NCBI GenBank assembly: GCA_041673345.1
Contig: JBAYXX010000004.1
Location: 4,607-68,606 of the forward strand
Reading direction: 5' to 3'
DNA length: 64,000 nucleotides
Origin: Kiritimatiellia bacterium
GTDB taxonomy: Bacteria; Verrucomicrobiota; Kiritimatiellia; RFP12; UBA1067
Shown one piece after another: positions 29,432 to 39,600 of this stretch (its first letter is position 1; the number at the start of each line of letters is the position of its first letter). Position numbers and translations under genes: made by a program. Under the pieces are notes generated by a model. That model did not search any database and was not told the DNA's origin. It saw nothing but the letters and a program-made list of their open reading frames with translations.

Positions 29432-30097
29432 ATGAAAAATGTTATTGTCTTTCTCATGGAAAAAAAATCGGAAATCACTAAGGAACGCATTCTGCTGGTC
29501 GCCGCCGAATTGTTTGCAGGACATGGCTTTCAGGGGACCACGCATCAGATGATCTGCTCTCAGGCAGAGGTCAATATTGCCGCGATTAACTACCACTTTG
29601 GCAACAAGGAGACTCTGTATCTTAAGGTCTGGAAGTATCTATTTGCGTTAGGCATGCAGAATTATCAGGAGTTTGTAAATGATGCTGATTCTCCGGAGGA
29701 GCAGTTGCGCTCGTTTATCAAGTGGCGTGTGCGTAGTGTGATCGCCGCTGGCCCAAGAGGTTATCTCTCGCAAATTTTCCGGCGTGAAATGAACAAGCCT
29801 TCACCGGTTTTTGATCAGATACAGGTGCTCTATCTGAATGAGAAGCGCGCTTGGTTTTACGCTTTAATCTCCAAAATTGTGGGGCATGATCTTGATGCCA
29901 GCACCATCACCATGGCTGCTTTCTGTATTCACAGCCCGTTGGTTCATCTGGTTGAGATTCAGGAGGCGCTGAAGGCGACTCAGGAAGGTGCGTTAAAGCA
30001 GGGGCTGGCACAGTTTTGGGAGGATCCCGAGGCTTTGGCTGAGAGTATCTACACCTTTGCGGTTGCCGGTTTAAAGGAGCTCAGGCGTAAAATTTAA
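29432..30097 (+). CDS. TetR-family regulator (CerR/YbiH-like C-terminal domain)
   Basis: KERILLVAAELFAGHGFQGTTHQMICSQAEVNIAAINYHFGNKETLY is a TetR HTH of the subgroup with the AAINYHFG motif. An alternative start is at 29456 (MEKKSE...). Confidence 0.9.
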   Translation: MKNVIVFLMEKKSEITKERILLVAAELFAGHGFQGTTHQMICSQAEVNIAAINYHFGNKETLYLKVWKYLFALGMQNYQEFVNDADSPEEQLRSFIKWRVRSVIAAGPRGYLSQIFRREMNKPSPVFDQIQVLYLNEKRAWFYALISKIVGHDLDASTITMAAFCIHSPLVHLVEIQEALKATQEGALKQGLAQFWEDPEALAESIYTFAVAGLKELRRKI

Positions 30098-30107
30098 TGC
30101 TGTGATC

Positions 30108-31547
30108 ATGAGTTATATTTTCAAAATAGCGGCGGTCCTCTCCCTCCCTCTGATAGCTTTTCTGTGTGGCTGTGATTCGTTGAGGCCCGCGCCGCGCCAC
30201 CGTGCTTTGGAATCAGGCGTTTTACCGGAGCAGTTCTCATCTGTGGCAGCTACGGCGGAGCAGAGCAATACAGTCGTTCGGCTTTCTGTGCCTGACCGCT
30301 GGTGGCAGTTGTTTGAGAGTAAGGAGTTGAATACTCTGGTTGCAAGCGCATTTACCAATAACCTTGATCTGGCAACCGCCGCAGCTCGATTGCGCCAGGC
30401 GCGTGAGCGCAAGATCATCGCAGGGGCACCCGGCGATTTGCAACTGAGCGGGCGGGCGGGGGCAGGGGTTGATAAATCCGGCAAGACCAGCGGGGGTATG
30501 AGTGTTGATCGGACGCAGGAGTCCTACTTCGCGGGGCTGACCGCTGCTTATGAGTTGGATATCTGGGGCAGAATCTCCTCCGCCGAACGGGCTGCGGAGC
30601 TGAGCTATGCGGCCACTGATCAGCAACTGTCCGCGACGGCGTTACTGATTTCCGGCGAAATTGCCCGCAGTTGGTTGCAACTCAAGGTTGTCTTGTTGGA
30701 GATGGCGCTGGTGGGGGATCAGATCGCGACCAGCACTCAGGCGCTCCAATTGCTCCAGGTGCGCCAGCGCGCCGCGCTCTCCGCTGCGGTGGATGTCTAT
30801 CAACAGGCGAGCTTAGTGGCCGCACTGGAGCGGTTGCTGCCGCAACTGGCAGAGCAGCGCGATGATCTTCACATGCGGCTTAACCTTCTGTTGGGTGCGC
30901 CTGCGTCAGCCCCGTTGCCTGTGATGGTGATAGTTGAGCCGCTGCCAGTGCTCGCCTCTTTTCCTGAGTGCGGCATGCCCGCTGGTCTGCTGGCGCGCCG
31001 TCCGGATGTTCAGGCGGCCTGGCTCAAGCTCCAGGCGCAGGAGTGGAGTGTTGCGTCGCGACAGGCCGAGCGGCTGCCGGCATTGACTCTGACCGGCACA
31101 CTGAATTTCGAGGCGAATGAGATAGCGGATGTTTTTAAAAACTGGCATCTCAATCTGGCTGCCGGGCTGCTGGGGCCGATCCTTGATGGCGGGCGGCGGG
31201 CGGCAGAGGCGCGGCTGGCCCATGCTGTGGCAGATGAAAGTTTTATCGCCTACACCGATGTGGTTTTGCGGGCAGTTCAGGAGGTGGAACAGGCAATCGT
31301 GCGTGAGCGCAACCGCCGTGAGTATTTGGACGCAGTTGAAAATGAGATTGAGCTGAATGATAAGACGCTCTCGGAGAGCACCAACCGCTATCGTAAAGGA
31401 CTGATGGAGTATCTGAATGTGCTGACCGCACTCTCGACCAAACAGCTTTCAGAGCGTCGACGGCTGGCAGCGCGGAGCTCTGTAATATTAAACCGCATGG
31501 CTCTCTATCAGGCGCTTGCCGGTCAATGGGTTTTAAAGGATGAATAA
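30108..31547 (+). CDS. Outer-membrane efflux lipoprotein (NodT family)
   Basis: Lipobox AFLCGC. Duplicated OEP repeats. C-terminus ...MALYQALAGQW. Stop and next start overlap (TAATG). Confidence 0.9.
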   Translation: MSYIFKIAAVLSLPLIAFLCGCDSLRPAPRHRALESGVLPEQFSSVAATAEQSNTVVRLSVPDRWWQLFESKELNTLVASAFTNNLDLATAAARLRQARERKIIAGAPGDLQLSGRAGAGVDKSGKTSGGMSVDRTQESYFAGLTAAYELDIWGRISSAERAAELSYAATDQQLSATALLISGEIARSWLQLKVVLLEMALVGDQIATSTQALQLLQVRQRAALSAAVDVYQQASLVAALERLLPQLAEQRDDLHMRLNLLLGAPASAPLPVMVIVEPLPVLASFPECGMPAGLLARRPDVQAAWLKLQAQEWSVASRQAERLPALTLTGTLNFEANEIADVFKNWHLNLAAGLLGPILDGGRRAAEARLAHAVADESFIAYTDVVLRAVQEVEQAIVRERNRREYLDAVENEIELNDKTLSESTNRYRKGLMEYLNVLTALSTKQLSERRRLAARSSVILNRMALYQALAGQWVLKDE

Positions 31548-32713
31548 TGGATAAAAGAGCGAGTATATTGGTGTGGATACTGCGTTTCACGTTGCCGCTG
31601 CTTGTGATTTTTGGCGCAATCAAACTCTATCAGTATCAACTGGCCACTGCGCCGCAGCAGGCGCGTGTGAATCCTCAAGAGCGCAAGGTGTTCGTGAATG
31701 CGGTGACAATGCGGCGGCAGAAGAAAGTTGTCTCTGTGCGTGCCACGGGAACGGTCGTGCCAGTGGAGCGGGTGGCGTTACAGGCGCGTGTTGCGGGCGA
31801 AGCACTGAAGTTGCATCCGAATTTTGAGCCAGGGGAGATCATTGAAAAGGGCGCGGTGATCATCACCATCGACCAGGCCGATTATCGTCTGGCAGAACAA
31901 CTGGCTCAGAGTCAGTTGGTGCAGGCTGAGTATGAGTATAAACTTGAGCTGGGATATCAGGAAGTGGCGCAGCATGAGTGGAAGATGATCGAAGACAAAG
32001 CGAGTGCCACCGAGCTTGAAAAAGAGTTGACACTGCGAAAACCGCACTTGCAAAAGGTGGAGGCCAAGGTCGCCTCAGCTAGGAGCGCGTTGGAGCAGGC
32101 GCAGCTGAATCTGGCGCGCACCTTCGTGACCCTGCCCTTTGATGCGTTGGTACTGGAGCGCACAGTTTCAATGGGCTCACAGGTCAGCCCTCAGAGCCAA
32201 CTCGGGGTTTTTGTGGATGCCTCTTGCTTCCGGGTTGAAGTGACGGTTCCCTTTGATCAGATCGGCTGGATCAAAATGCCTTCTAAAGATGTCCCTGGTG
32301 CTTCAGTACAGATTACTGCCTCCGGCGGGTCGAGCGGCAATGCCCTTTGGCAGGGGGTAGTCACAGGGCTGGCGCCTGAGATTGAGAGCCGCGGGCGCAT
32401 GGCGCGACTGCTGGTGGAGGTGGCAAACCCTTTGGCCGGAGAGGTGCCTCTGCTGTTGAACAGCTTTGTCTCGGTTGCGATCGCCAGCCGCGAATTGAAC
32501 GATGTTTTTGTTATCCCTGCTCGGGCTGTTCATAATGGCGAGGTTGTTTATGTGATGAACACGGAGTCGCGCGTGATTTTCAAGACGATCGTTGTGATCT
32601 GGCGCGATCAAGATTGGGTGGTGGCGGAATCCGGACTGGAGGGGGGCGATGTTTTGATTGTCTCCGATGTTCCGGCAGCTGTGCCCAATATGCGGGTTGA
32701 GAAAATTGAGTAG
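31547..32713 (+). CDS. RND efflux periplasmic adaptor (HlyD-family MFP)
   Basis: 388 aa with an N-terminal TM helix, a lipoyl-like motif (LQARVAGEALKLHPNFEPGEIIEKGAVIITID), and a coiled-coil hairpin. Confidence 0.9.
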   Translation: MDKRASILVWILRFTLPLLVIFGAIKLYQYQLATAPQQARVNPQERKVFVNAVTMRRQKKVVSVRATGTVVPVERVALQARVAGEALKLHPNFEPGEIIEKGAVIITIDQADYRLAEQLAQSQLVQAEYEYKLELGYQEVAQHEWKMIEDKASATELEKELTLRKPHLQKVEAKVASARSALEQAQLNLARTFVTLPFDALVLERTVSMGSQVSPQSQLGVFVDASCFRVEVTVPFDQIGWIKMPSKDVPGASVQITASGGSSGNALWQGVVTGLAPEIESRGRMARLLVEVANPLAGEVPLLLNSFVSVAIASRELNDVFVIPARAVHNGEVVYVMNTESRVIFKTIVVIWRDQDWVVAESGLEGGDVLIVSDVPAAVPNMRVEKIE

Positions 32714-32772
32714 GGGCGAAAAATCTTTCGCCCTGATGAACCCTGATGAAATGATTGCGAAAAATCTTTCGC
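32714..32772 (+). promoter_or_regulatory. Twin intercistronic hairpins (GGGCGAAA aatc TTTCGCCC twice) flanking a CCCTGATGAA direct repeat
   Basis: Hairpin 1 at 32714-32733, hairpin 2 at 32757-32772, CCCTGATGAA x2 at 32731-32750. They lie between the adaptor stop (32713) and the pump ATG (32789). Confidence 0.6.
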
Positions 32773-32788
32773 CCCAACAGTTAAACCA

Positions 32789-35700
32789 ATGACATACTTA
32801 AAAGACAGAGTGCTCACCAAAGGACCTGTGGCATGGATGGCCCGAAATCCGGTTGCCTCCAACCTGGTAATGCTGGTGGCGATCACTGGCGGGCTGCTGA
32901 CTGGCTTTTCAATCAAGAAAGAGGTTTTTCCTGATTTCGCGCTGGATTTTGTGACTGTATCAGTGGCTTATCCTGGGGCTAGTCCAGAGGAGGTGGAGCG
33001 CGGAATCGTGACCGTGATTGAGGAGAATCTACGCGGTCAGGAGGGTGTTAAAGAGGTGACGGCCAGCGCCATTGAGGGACGGGGCTCAGTGGTCGCCGAA
33101 CTGATGGAGGGTGCTGACCGGCAGAAGATCTATCAGGATATTCAGCAGGAGATCTCCCGTATCACCACCTTTCCAGAGGATAGCGAGCGGCCAGTGGTCG
33201 CGCTCTCCCTGCGTCGGCGCGATGTGCTTGACTTTGTGCTTTACGGCGATGTTCCCGAACAGGTGCTGGCCGAGCAGGCGGAGATTATCAAGGATCGGCT
33301 GTTGGAGAATCCTGGGATTACACAGCTCTCCCTAACTGGCATTCGCCCCTATCAAATTACTATCTCGCCCTCGCGCGACACACTGCGGGCCCATGGTCTG
33401 ACGCTTAAAGATATTGCAGCCCGTGTGAATGCCCTTGCCGTTGAACTCCCTGGGGGAGGGATTAAAACCACGGCGGGCGAGATTTTGCTGCGCATGGATG
33501 AGCGGCGTGATTACGGGGACCAGTTCGCGTCCCTTCCGGTAATCACTGGCAGCGATGGCTCGATTGTCTATTTGCGCGATATTGCCGAGATCAAAGATGG
33601 CTTTGATGAGGAGACAGAAAAATTTGTCTCCTGGAATGGGGCTCGCGCCGTTATGGTGAACGTCTACCGTGTTGGTAAGCAAACTCCAATTGGCGTGGTT
33701 AAAGCAGTGCGTGAGGTGCTGGCCGAGGTGCGGGAGGAGCTGCCGCAGGGGCTTGAGATTGAAGTGCGGCGTGATCGTTCCAAGACCTATCAGCAGCGCT
33801 TTGAATTATTGATGAAAAATGGCGCAATCGGCCTTATGCTGGTATTGCTGATACTGGGACTGTTTCTTGAACCACGTTTGGCGTTCTGGGTGATGATGAG
33901 CATCCCAGTCTCGTTTTTGGGTGGCTTACTGCTACTGCCTTTCTTTGGTGTCTCGGTGAATGTGATGTCAATGTTCGCATTTCTGATTGCTCTGGGTATT
34001 GTGGTGGATAACGCGATTGTGGTGGGCGAGAATGTCTTTGAACATCGGCAGAGCGGGGATGATCCGATGTTCGCCTCCATCCGCGGCACCCGCGAGGTGG
34101 CGATGCCGGTCACGTTCAGTGTGCTGACCAATATTGTGACTTTTATTCCGCTTCTGTTTCTGCCGGGGGTGATTGGTAAAATTTGGGCTATGGTGCCTGT
34201 GGTGGTGAATCTGGTGTTCATGATCTCGCTGATGGAGTGCGTGTTTGTTCTGCCAGCGCATCTGGGGCATCTCAAGCTTAATAATCGTTTCGCTTTTGCA
34301 CGCTGGTATAAAAAATTCCAGGAGAACTTTAATCGGGTGTTCTTTGGTACTATCAATCGGGTCTATCAACCAGCGCTGAGGTTCTTGATTTACTGGCGCT
34401 ATCTGGTGATCGCATTGAGCGTGCTACTGCTGGTCGGGACCATTGGCTACGTGAAGAGCGGGCGGATTGGGATTGTGGATATGATGAGCGTGGATGCCGA
34501 TTTCGCGGCGGCAACTGCTGTCCTGCCCTATGGGTCTCCGATTGAAAAGACATTTGTTGTGCGCGACCGTCTGGTCAAGGCTGCCACAAAGGTCGCGGCC
34601 GAGCATGGTGGCACCAATCTGGTGTTTGGCGTTTACGCGTATGTGGGCGGCTCTTTTAACGGTGTCTCTGGTGGGCATGTGGTGATGGTGGAGGCGCATC
34701 TTACCGATCCAGATGTGCGTCCTATCTCAACTCCGGAGTTCACCAGGCTGTGGCAGCAGGAGATGGGCGTGATGGCAGGCATTGAGACCATGCTCTTTGA
34801 GTCCAACCGTGGCGGCCCAGGCAGTGGATCTTCGCTGAGTGTCGGCCTCCTGCATAATGATATTGGGATGCTTGAGGCGGCTGCGTCAGAGCTGTCCCAG
34901 AAGCTGGAGGAGTTTCCGATTGTCTTTGACATTGATGACGGCTTCGCGGATGGAAAACCGCAGTTTAATTTCAAGATGCTGCCAGAGGGCATGGCACTGG
35001 GCTTGACAGCTTCGGATGTCGCCCGTCAGGTGCGCTCCGCTTTCTATGGGGCTGAGGCTTTCCGTCAGCAGCGTGGACGCAATGAGATTAAGGTTCTGCT
35101 CCGGCTGCCAGAGGCTGAACGTCTCTCCGAATATGATCTGGCGCAGCTCATGATCAAAACTCCCTCCGGCATTGATGTGCCACTACGCGATGTGGCTTCA
35201 GCCATGCGCGGCCGGGCCTATACCTCCATCAACCGTCTGGATGGACGCCGCCTGCTGACAGTCAGTGCCAACGTCAATCCACGCAGTGAATCAGAGCGCA
35301 TCCTGGCTATTATCCTTAAAGATACTTTGCCTGAGTTACAGCAGAAATATCCGGGCCTCACGCAGGTCTTCCGTGGCAAGCAGAAGGATATCCGCGAGGG
35401 CATGGGGGCCTTAGTCAGAGGTTTCATCTTTGCTCTGCTGGTTGTCTATGTGCTGCTGGCCATTCCGTTCAAGAGCTACACTCAGCCTTTGATCATCATG
35501 ACCTCCATCCCCTTTGGCATTGTGGGCGCAGTGCTCGCGCACGTGATGTTGGGCTACCCGCTCAGCATGATCAGCATTATGGGTATTGTGGCGCTGGCTG
35601 GTGTGGTGGTCAACGACTCACTGGTGCTGGTTGACTACGCCAACAATGAGGTCAGTCGCGGTGTTGGAATCAAAGACTCGATTATCAACGCTGGCTTGCG

Positions 35701-35926
35701 CCGTTTCCGGCCCGTGTTGCTGACCACCCTGACCACCTTTCTCGGGTTGGCGCCGATGATCTTTGAGACTTCGCGCCAGGCGCGGTTCATGATCCCTATG
35801 GCCATCTCGCTGGGCTTTGGTATTCTCTTCGCCACCCTGATCACCCTTGTGCTGGTGCCTGCGCTATATGTGACCATCGAGGATCTGCATCGCGCCTGGG
35901 ATAAAATTTACGGTAGCCCTCACTAG
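32789..35926 (+). CDS. RND efflux permease (AcrB/AcrD/AcrF superfamily)
   Basis: 1045 aa. ARNPVASNLVMLVAITGGL, LIALGIVVDNAIVVGENV (TM4), and a second-half repeat with VALAGVVVNDSLVLVDY. Confidence 0.95.
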   Translation: MTYLKDRVLTKGPVAWMARNPVASNLVMLVAITGGLLTGFSIKKEVFPDFALDFVTVSVAYPGASPEEVERGIVTVIEENLRGQEGVKEVTASAIEGRGSVVAELMEGADRQKIYQDIQQEISRITTFPEDSERPVVALSLRRRDVLDFVLYGDVPEQVLAEQAEIIKDRLLENPGITQLSLTGIRPYQITISPSRDTLRAHGLTLKDIAARVNALAVELPGGGIKTTAGEILLRMDERRDYGDQFASLPVITGSDGSIVYLRDIAEIKDGFDEETEKFVSWNGARAVMVNVYRVGKQTPIGVVKAVREVLAEVREELPQGLEIEVRRDRSKTYQQRFELLMKNGAIGLMLVLLILGLFLEPRLAFWVMMSIPVSFLGGLLLLPFFGVSVNVMSMFAFLIALGIVVDNAIVVGENVFEHRQSGDDPMFASIRGTREVAMPVTFSVLTNIVTFIPLLFLPGVIGKIWAMVPVVVNLVFMISLMECVFVLPAHLGHLKLNNRFAFARWYKKFQENFNRVFFGTINRVYQPALRFLIYWRYLVIALSVLLLVGTIGYVKSGRIGIVDMMSVDADFAAATAVLPYGSPIEKTFVVRDRLVKAATKVAAEHGGTNLVFGVYAYVGGSFNGVSGGHVVMVEAHLTDPDVRPISTPEFTRLWQQEMGVMAGIETMLFESNRGGPGSGSSLSVGLLHNDIGMLEAAASELSQKLEEFPIVFDIDDGFADGKPQFNFKMLPEGMALGLTASDVARQVRSAFYGAEAFRQQRGRNEIKVLLRLPEAERLSEYDLAQLMIKTPSGIDVPLRDVASAMRGRAYTSINRLDGRRLLTVSANVNPRSESERILAIILKDTLPELQQKYPGLTQVFRGKQKDIREGMGALVRGFIFALLVVYVLLAIPFKSYTQPLIIMTSIPFGIVGAVLAHVMLGYPLSMISIMGIVALAGVVVNDSLVLVDYANNEVSRGVGIKDSIINAGLRRFRPVLLTTLTTFLGLAPMIFETSRQARFMIPMAISLGFGILFATLITLVLVPALYVTIEDLHRAWDKIYGSPH

Positions 35927-36329
35927 TTGCTATTCTCTCAACTCCTGTCGTAAAAAACAAGAAGTTCAGACAGTCGCCGTCATAAGTTGTTGAGTTAAAA
36001 TATAGCGATTAGTCTTCGGTGCTTTCTTAATTAAACCATGCGCTCTTAACAATCGTAGACGAGTTAATAATTTTCTTACCCCAAATTTTCTTACCTTAAA
36101 ATTTTTCCTCGCAGAGCGGCAGAGCTCGCGGAGATTCGCGGGTAAAAAAACCTGAGAACGCTGTGCCTCTGTGAGATATAAAAAACGTGCACAAAAGGCG
36201 GGATGCCTGTGCTACTTTTTTATAACCTTCATTGCAACTTCTCAATAAATCGCTTTTAAGCAGGCTTCTGTCTTCGCGCTTCGCAGCTACGCCGGACACA
36301 GAAAGCCTGTACTACAAACTTCGTTTTCC

Positions 36330-36450
36330 CAAACGCGCGGCGTTTGTTAATAAAGCAGCGGGCTCTTAACCATGCAACCTTCAATGAAAACGAAAAGCTT
36401 CCGCATATGACATAAACTCAGCCGGTTGTGGCGAAAAGCTGCTTTAGCAG
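36330..36450. repeat. ~120-bp interspersed repeat (AAACGC..GCGTTTGTTA...AGCGGGCTCTTAA..CAACCTTCAATGA...AAAAGCTGCTTTAG), copy 1
   Basis: Aligns by eye with 56125-56243 in the same orientation. Confidence 0.8.
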
Positions 36451-36636
36451 TACGTCTCATTTTATGAACCTTTCTTTTATCGCATGAGAGTACTGAGTTC
36501 GGAATTCTTCGCGCAGCTTTGGCTCTCCCAGCGGGTTTTGGGTCGCTGTTGTGCCACGTTGCTGTCTATTAAGTTATAAAATGCGATGGATGACTACAAT
36601 TGTATGCACTTTTTTGAAAAAAGTGATCATTTCAAA

Positions 36637-36665
36637 TTGACCAAAAGCCGCAGTTAAGGTATAAA
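36637..36665 (+). promoter_or_regulatory. Sigma-70-type promoter candidate immediately upstream of the TPR gene (predicts a leaderless or near-leaderless mRNA)
   Basis: TTGACC (36637-36642), a 17-bp spacer, TATAAA (36660-36665). The ATG at 36673 is only 7 nt after the -10 element, and there is no SD sequence. Confidence 0.4.
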
Positions 36666-36672
36666 GCTAACC

Positions 36673-39600
36673 ATGAGTAATATTAGATTTCATAGATTTC
36701 TGTTGTTATCGATCATAACCACCTTTGGTTTTGCTTTCGCTACAAGCCTAGTAGCGCAAGAGTCCAAGGTTGATGCGGAGTTAAAAGAGGAACTCAAATA
36801 TATTGAGTTGCTTCAGCAAATGCGGATGCCGGACATTGCGGAACAGGTGATTGCCGATGTTAAGAAAGCGTATCCTGAGGCTGGACCGCAGCTTAAGGTA
36901 CGTGAATTTCAGGGTCTGCTGTGGCAGGGCAAGTTCGATGAGGTCAAGGTTCAGATTGACGCAATACCGGACAAGAACAGCTCTGAGTTCTGGGCGTTGA
37001 CACTGGCCATGGCGGATGCGTATTACGCTTTTCAGCGCTATGCCGAGGCGGACAAGCTCTATCAGGAGTTCTTTAAAAAAGTGGCTAAGCCCTCCGAAGC
37101 GATGCACTCCTTTTATCGAGACTCGGCCTATAAGTACGCGCAGATGTTGCTTTATTTGGGGAAGGACGCGGAGGCGCTTAAGGCTTACAAACTGCTGTCC
37201 AATGTAAAGCTGGAAGAGGACCGGGAGCGGAATGTCAATGCGGACATGGCTGAGCTGATGCTGAAACTGGCAGTTGATCTTAAAGACAAAGCCGCCAAGG
37301 CTGCGATGCTGAAAGAGGCCGAGGTGCTGGTGGATAAACTGCTCTGGAAGCAGGATGTCTGGTTCGGTAAAGCGATTGTCATGAAGGCCCATGTTGCGAT
37401 GTTGCGGGATGATATCAAAGGGGCGCAGGCGCTGGTGGAAAACTACATGCCGCAGCTGAAGATTATCCATGACTCGCTGCTGGAAGACGATCCGGACGGC
37501 ACACGGGGCTGGCTGCGGATGAGCCCGATGCCTGAGTGTCGGTATCTGTTGGCGGTTTTACTGCTGGATGAGGCCAAGGCGGAGATGAAGAAACCCGCTC
37601 CTGATGAGGAGCTGATCAAGGGTTATTTTTTGGGAGAGCGCGATCCCAAGACCAAGAAACGTGCGAACAACGGGGCTTTCAACCACTTCATCAATGTGTT
37701 TATCCGTTTTCCTGAGAGTCAGTGGGCTGCCGATGCTGGCGAGCACTCGGATGAGATTCGTAGTATTATTAAGGATCGTTACAATGTGGATGTGCGTACA
37801 CCAGTGACACCGCAGCAGATGGAGCGGGTACGGACCATGCAGTTTGCGGGGGCCAATTTGTTGTTCAGCCAGAATAAATTTAAAGAGGCGGCGGAGAAGT
37901 ACCTGATTGTAATAAACCAGTTCCCGGAGTCTATGGAGTCGGTCAACGCACTCGGCAATCTGGCGATCTGTTATATTGAGGGCGGTGCCGATGATGAGCT
38001 GATGGCTGATGCAGTGGTGGGGCATCTCTCTGAACGTTTTGCTGTCAAGAAGGATTTAATGAAGGCCGCTGGTGATCAGGTGCGCAAGATCGGGGATTAT
38101 TATGGCAACAATAATCGTGATGACAAAAAGCGCGAAGTTTACACAATGTTCTTCCGCGATTACCCAACGCATTATGCCGCGAGTCAGTTGGTCATGAGCT
38201 TTGCAGAGCGTGAGTTCAAAGCAGAGAACTATGTTGGCGCCAAAGCCTATTATGACAGGGTGATCACTGAGTACAAGTCTTCCACCTATTATCACGACGC
38301 GTTGAACCGGATCACGCAGATTTACAGGGCTGAAGGGAACTTCTCTAATGAGCTGAGTTCACTGGAGTTTTTGATTGACGAGCTGCAGAAGAGCGAGCGG
38401 CCTGGTCATAATCTGGTGGTCGCGAAGTTTCGCCTAGCCGATGTAGAGCGCTCTTATGGCTCGCTGCTGCTGAAGTCAGGTGCCACCAACGAGACCGATG
38501 AAGCGGTGCTGCAGGAGGGGGCTCGTTTGCTGACAAAAGCCGCGCTCAGCTTTGATGCGGTCGCTAAAATGCTGGCCGACCCAACTCCCTATCAGAAGAA
38601 CGCTGAAGAGACCGAGCGCAACCAGCAGATGCGGGAGATGGCCACTTTCACCAAGGGTGTTGCACTATCACAATTGCAGTACCCCAAGGACAAACGGACG
38701 ATCTACCGCAGGCTGTCGATTGCAGCGTTTGAGGCTTACCTGACCGCTTTTCCCAAGAGTAAGTATTCACCCAAAGCTCAGTTGCAGCTCGGTACGTTGT
38801 ACACAGTTCTTGCCGGCAACGCCACCGAGGAGCGTGATCAGAACGAATACAAGGAAAAAATCCAGAAAGCTTTTGAAGCGCTCAGCAAAAATTACCCTGA
38901 CTCCGAGGAGGCCAAAAACTCTGTTCCGATGCTGGCAGCGAGTTTGATTGAAATGGGGTTGCGCGGTGAGGGCGTGGCTAAATACCGTGAGATGTTCACT
39001 GGGGGCGGCAAATACACGCCAGGGCAGTACAACGCGGCTGGCAATGCCCTGCTGCAGTCACAGGAGTACGCGCTGGCTTTAGAGGCTTACAACAAGGTGC
39101 TGGCGAACTCGAAGGAGTTTGCGCTGATTGCCGAGGCCAAGTTAGGTAAAGCCAAAGCGTTGGTCGGCCAAAAGCAGTACCGTGAGGCGCGCAAGCTGTT
39201 GGCGGCCTATGTGGTCGATCCCGAACTTTCAAAGTTAGTGCAGGTGGTGGATGCCCATATGCTGTTAGCTGACGCGGCCAGTGAGGAGGGCAAGACCGAG
39301 GCAGACAATGAGCTGCGTAAAGACCTCTTCAACCAAGCGGTCGATTCACTTAAACTGGTGCGGGGTTACCGCAAGACCAAAGCCGAGATTGCCGAGATCG
39401 ATTTGGCCACTGGCAATATGCTGGTGCGCAAGATGGAGGCAGAGAAGAAGCTTGGTCTGAATGATCAGGCGGCTGAGACACGCGGCACTGCGATTGTGGC
39501 TTTTATGATAATTATCGACCGGTTTGATCCAGGCGACGCCATTTTGTCACCCTATCTGGAGAAGGCCTACTTTGCCTTCACCCCGCTGCTGTTGGAGCAT

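Noticed and set aside
29432-35926. Calling the second RND system a CzcCBA heavy-metal exporter because of its OMF-adaptor-pump order
   Set aside because: The pump's TM4 motif is GIVVDNAIVVGEN, like multidrug/HAE-type pumps. It lacks the HME signature DFG..DGA..VEN, and the regulator is TetR-type rather than a metal-sensing two-component system.
36781-37470. Long antisense ORFs opposite well-supported genes (e.g. 36781-37470 229 aa, 21688-22287 199 aa, 11895-12566 223 aa, 4632-5219 195 aa, 33790-34356 188 aa, 60255-60869 204 aa)
   Set aside because: Each lies fully inside a gene with strong family signatures on the other strand. Their translations are Arg/His/Gln/Leu-rich shadow-frame products with no recognisable motifs.
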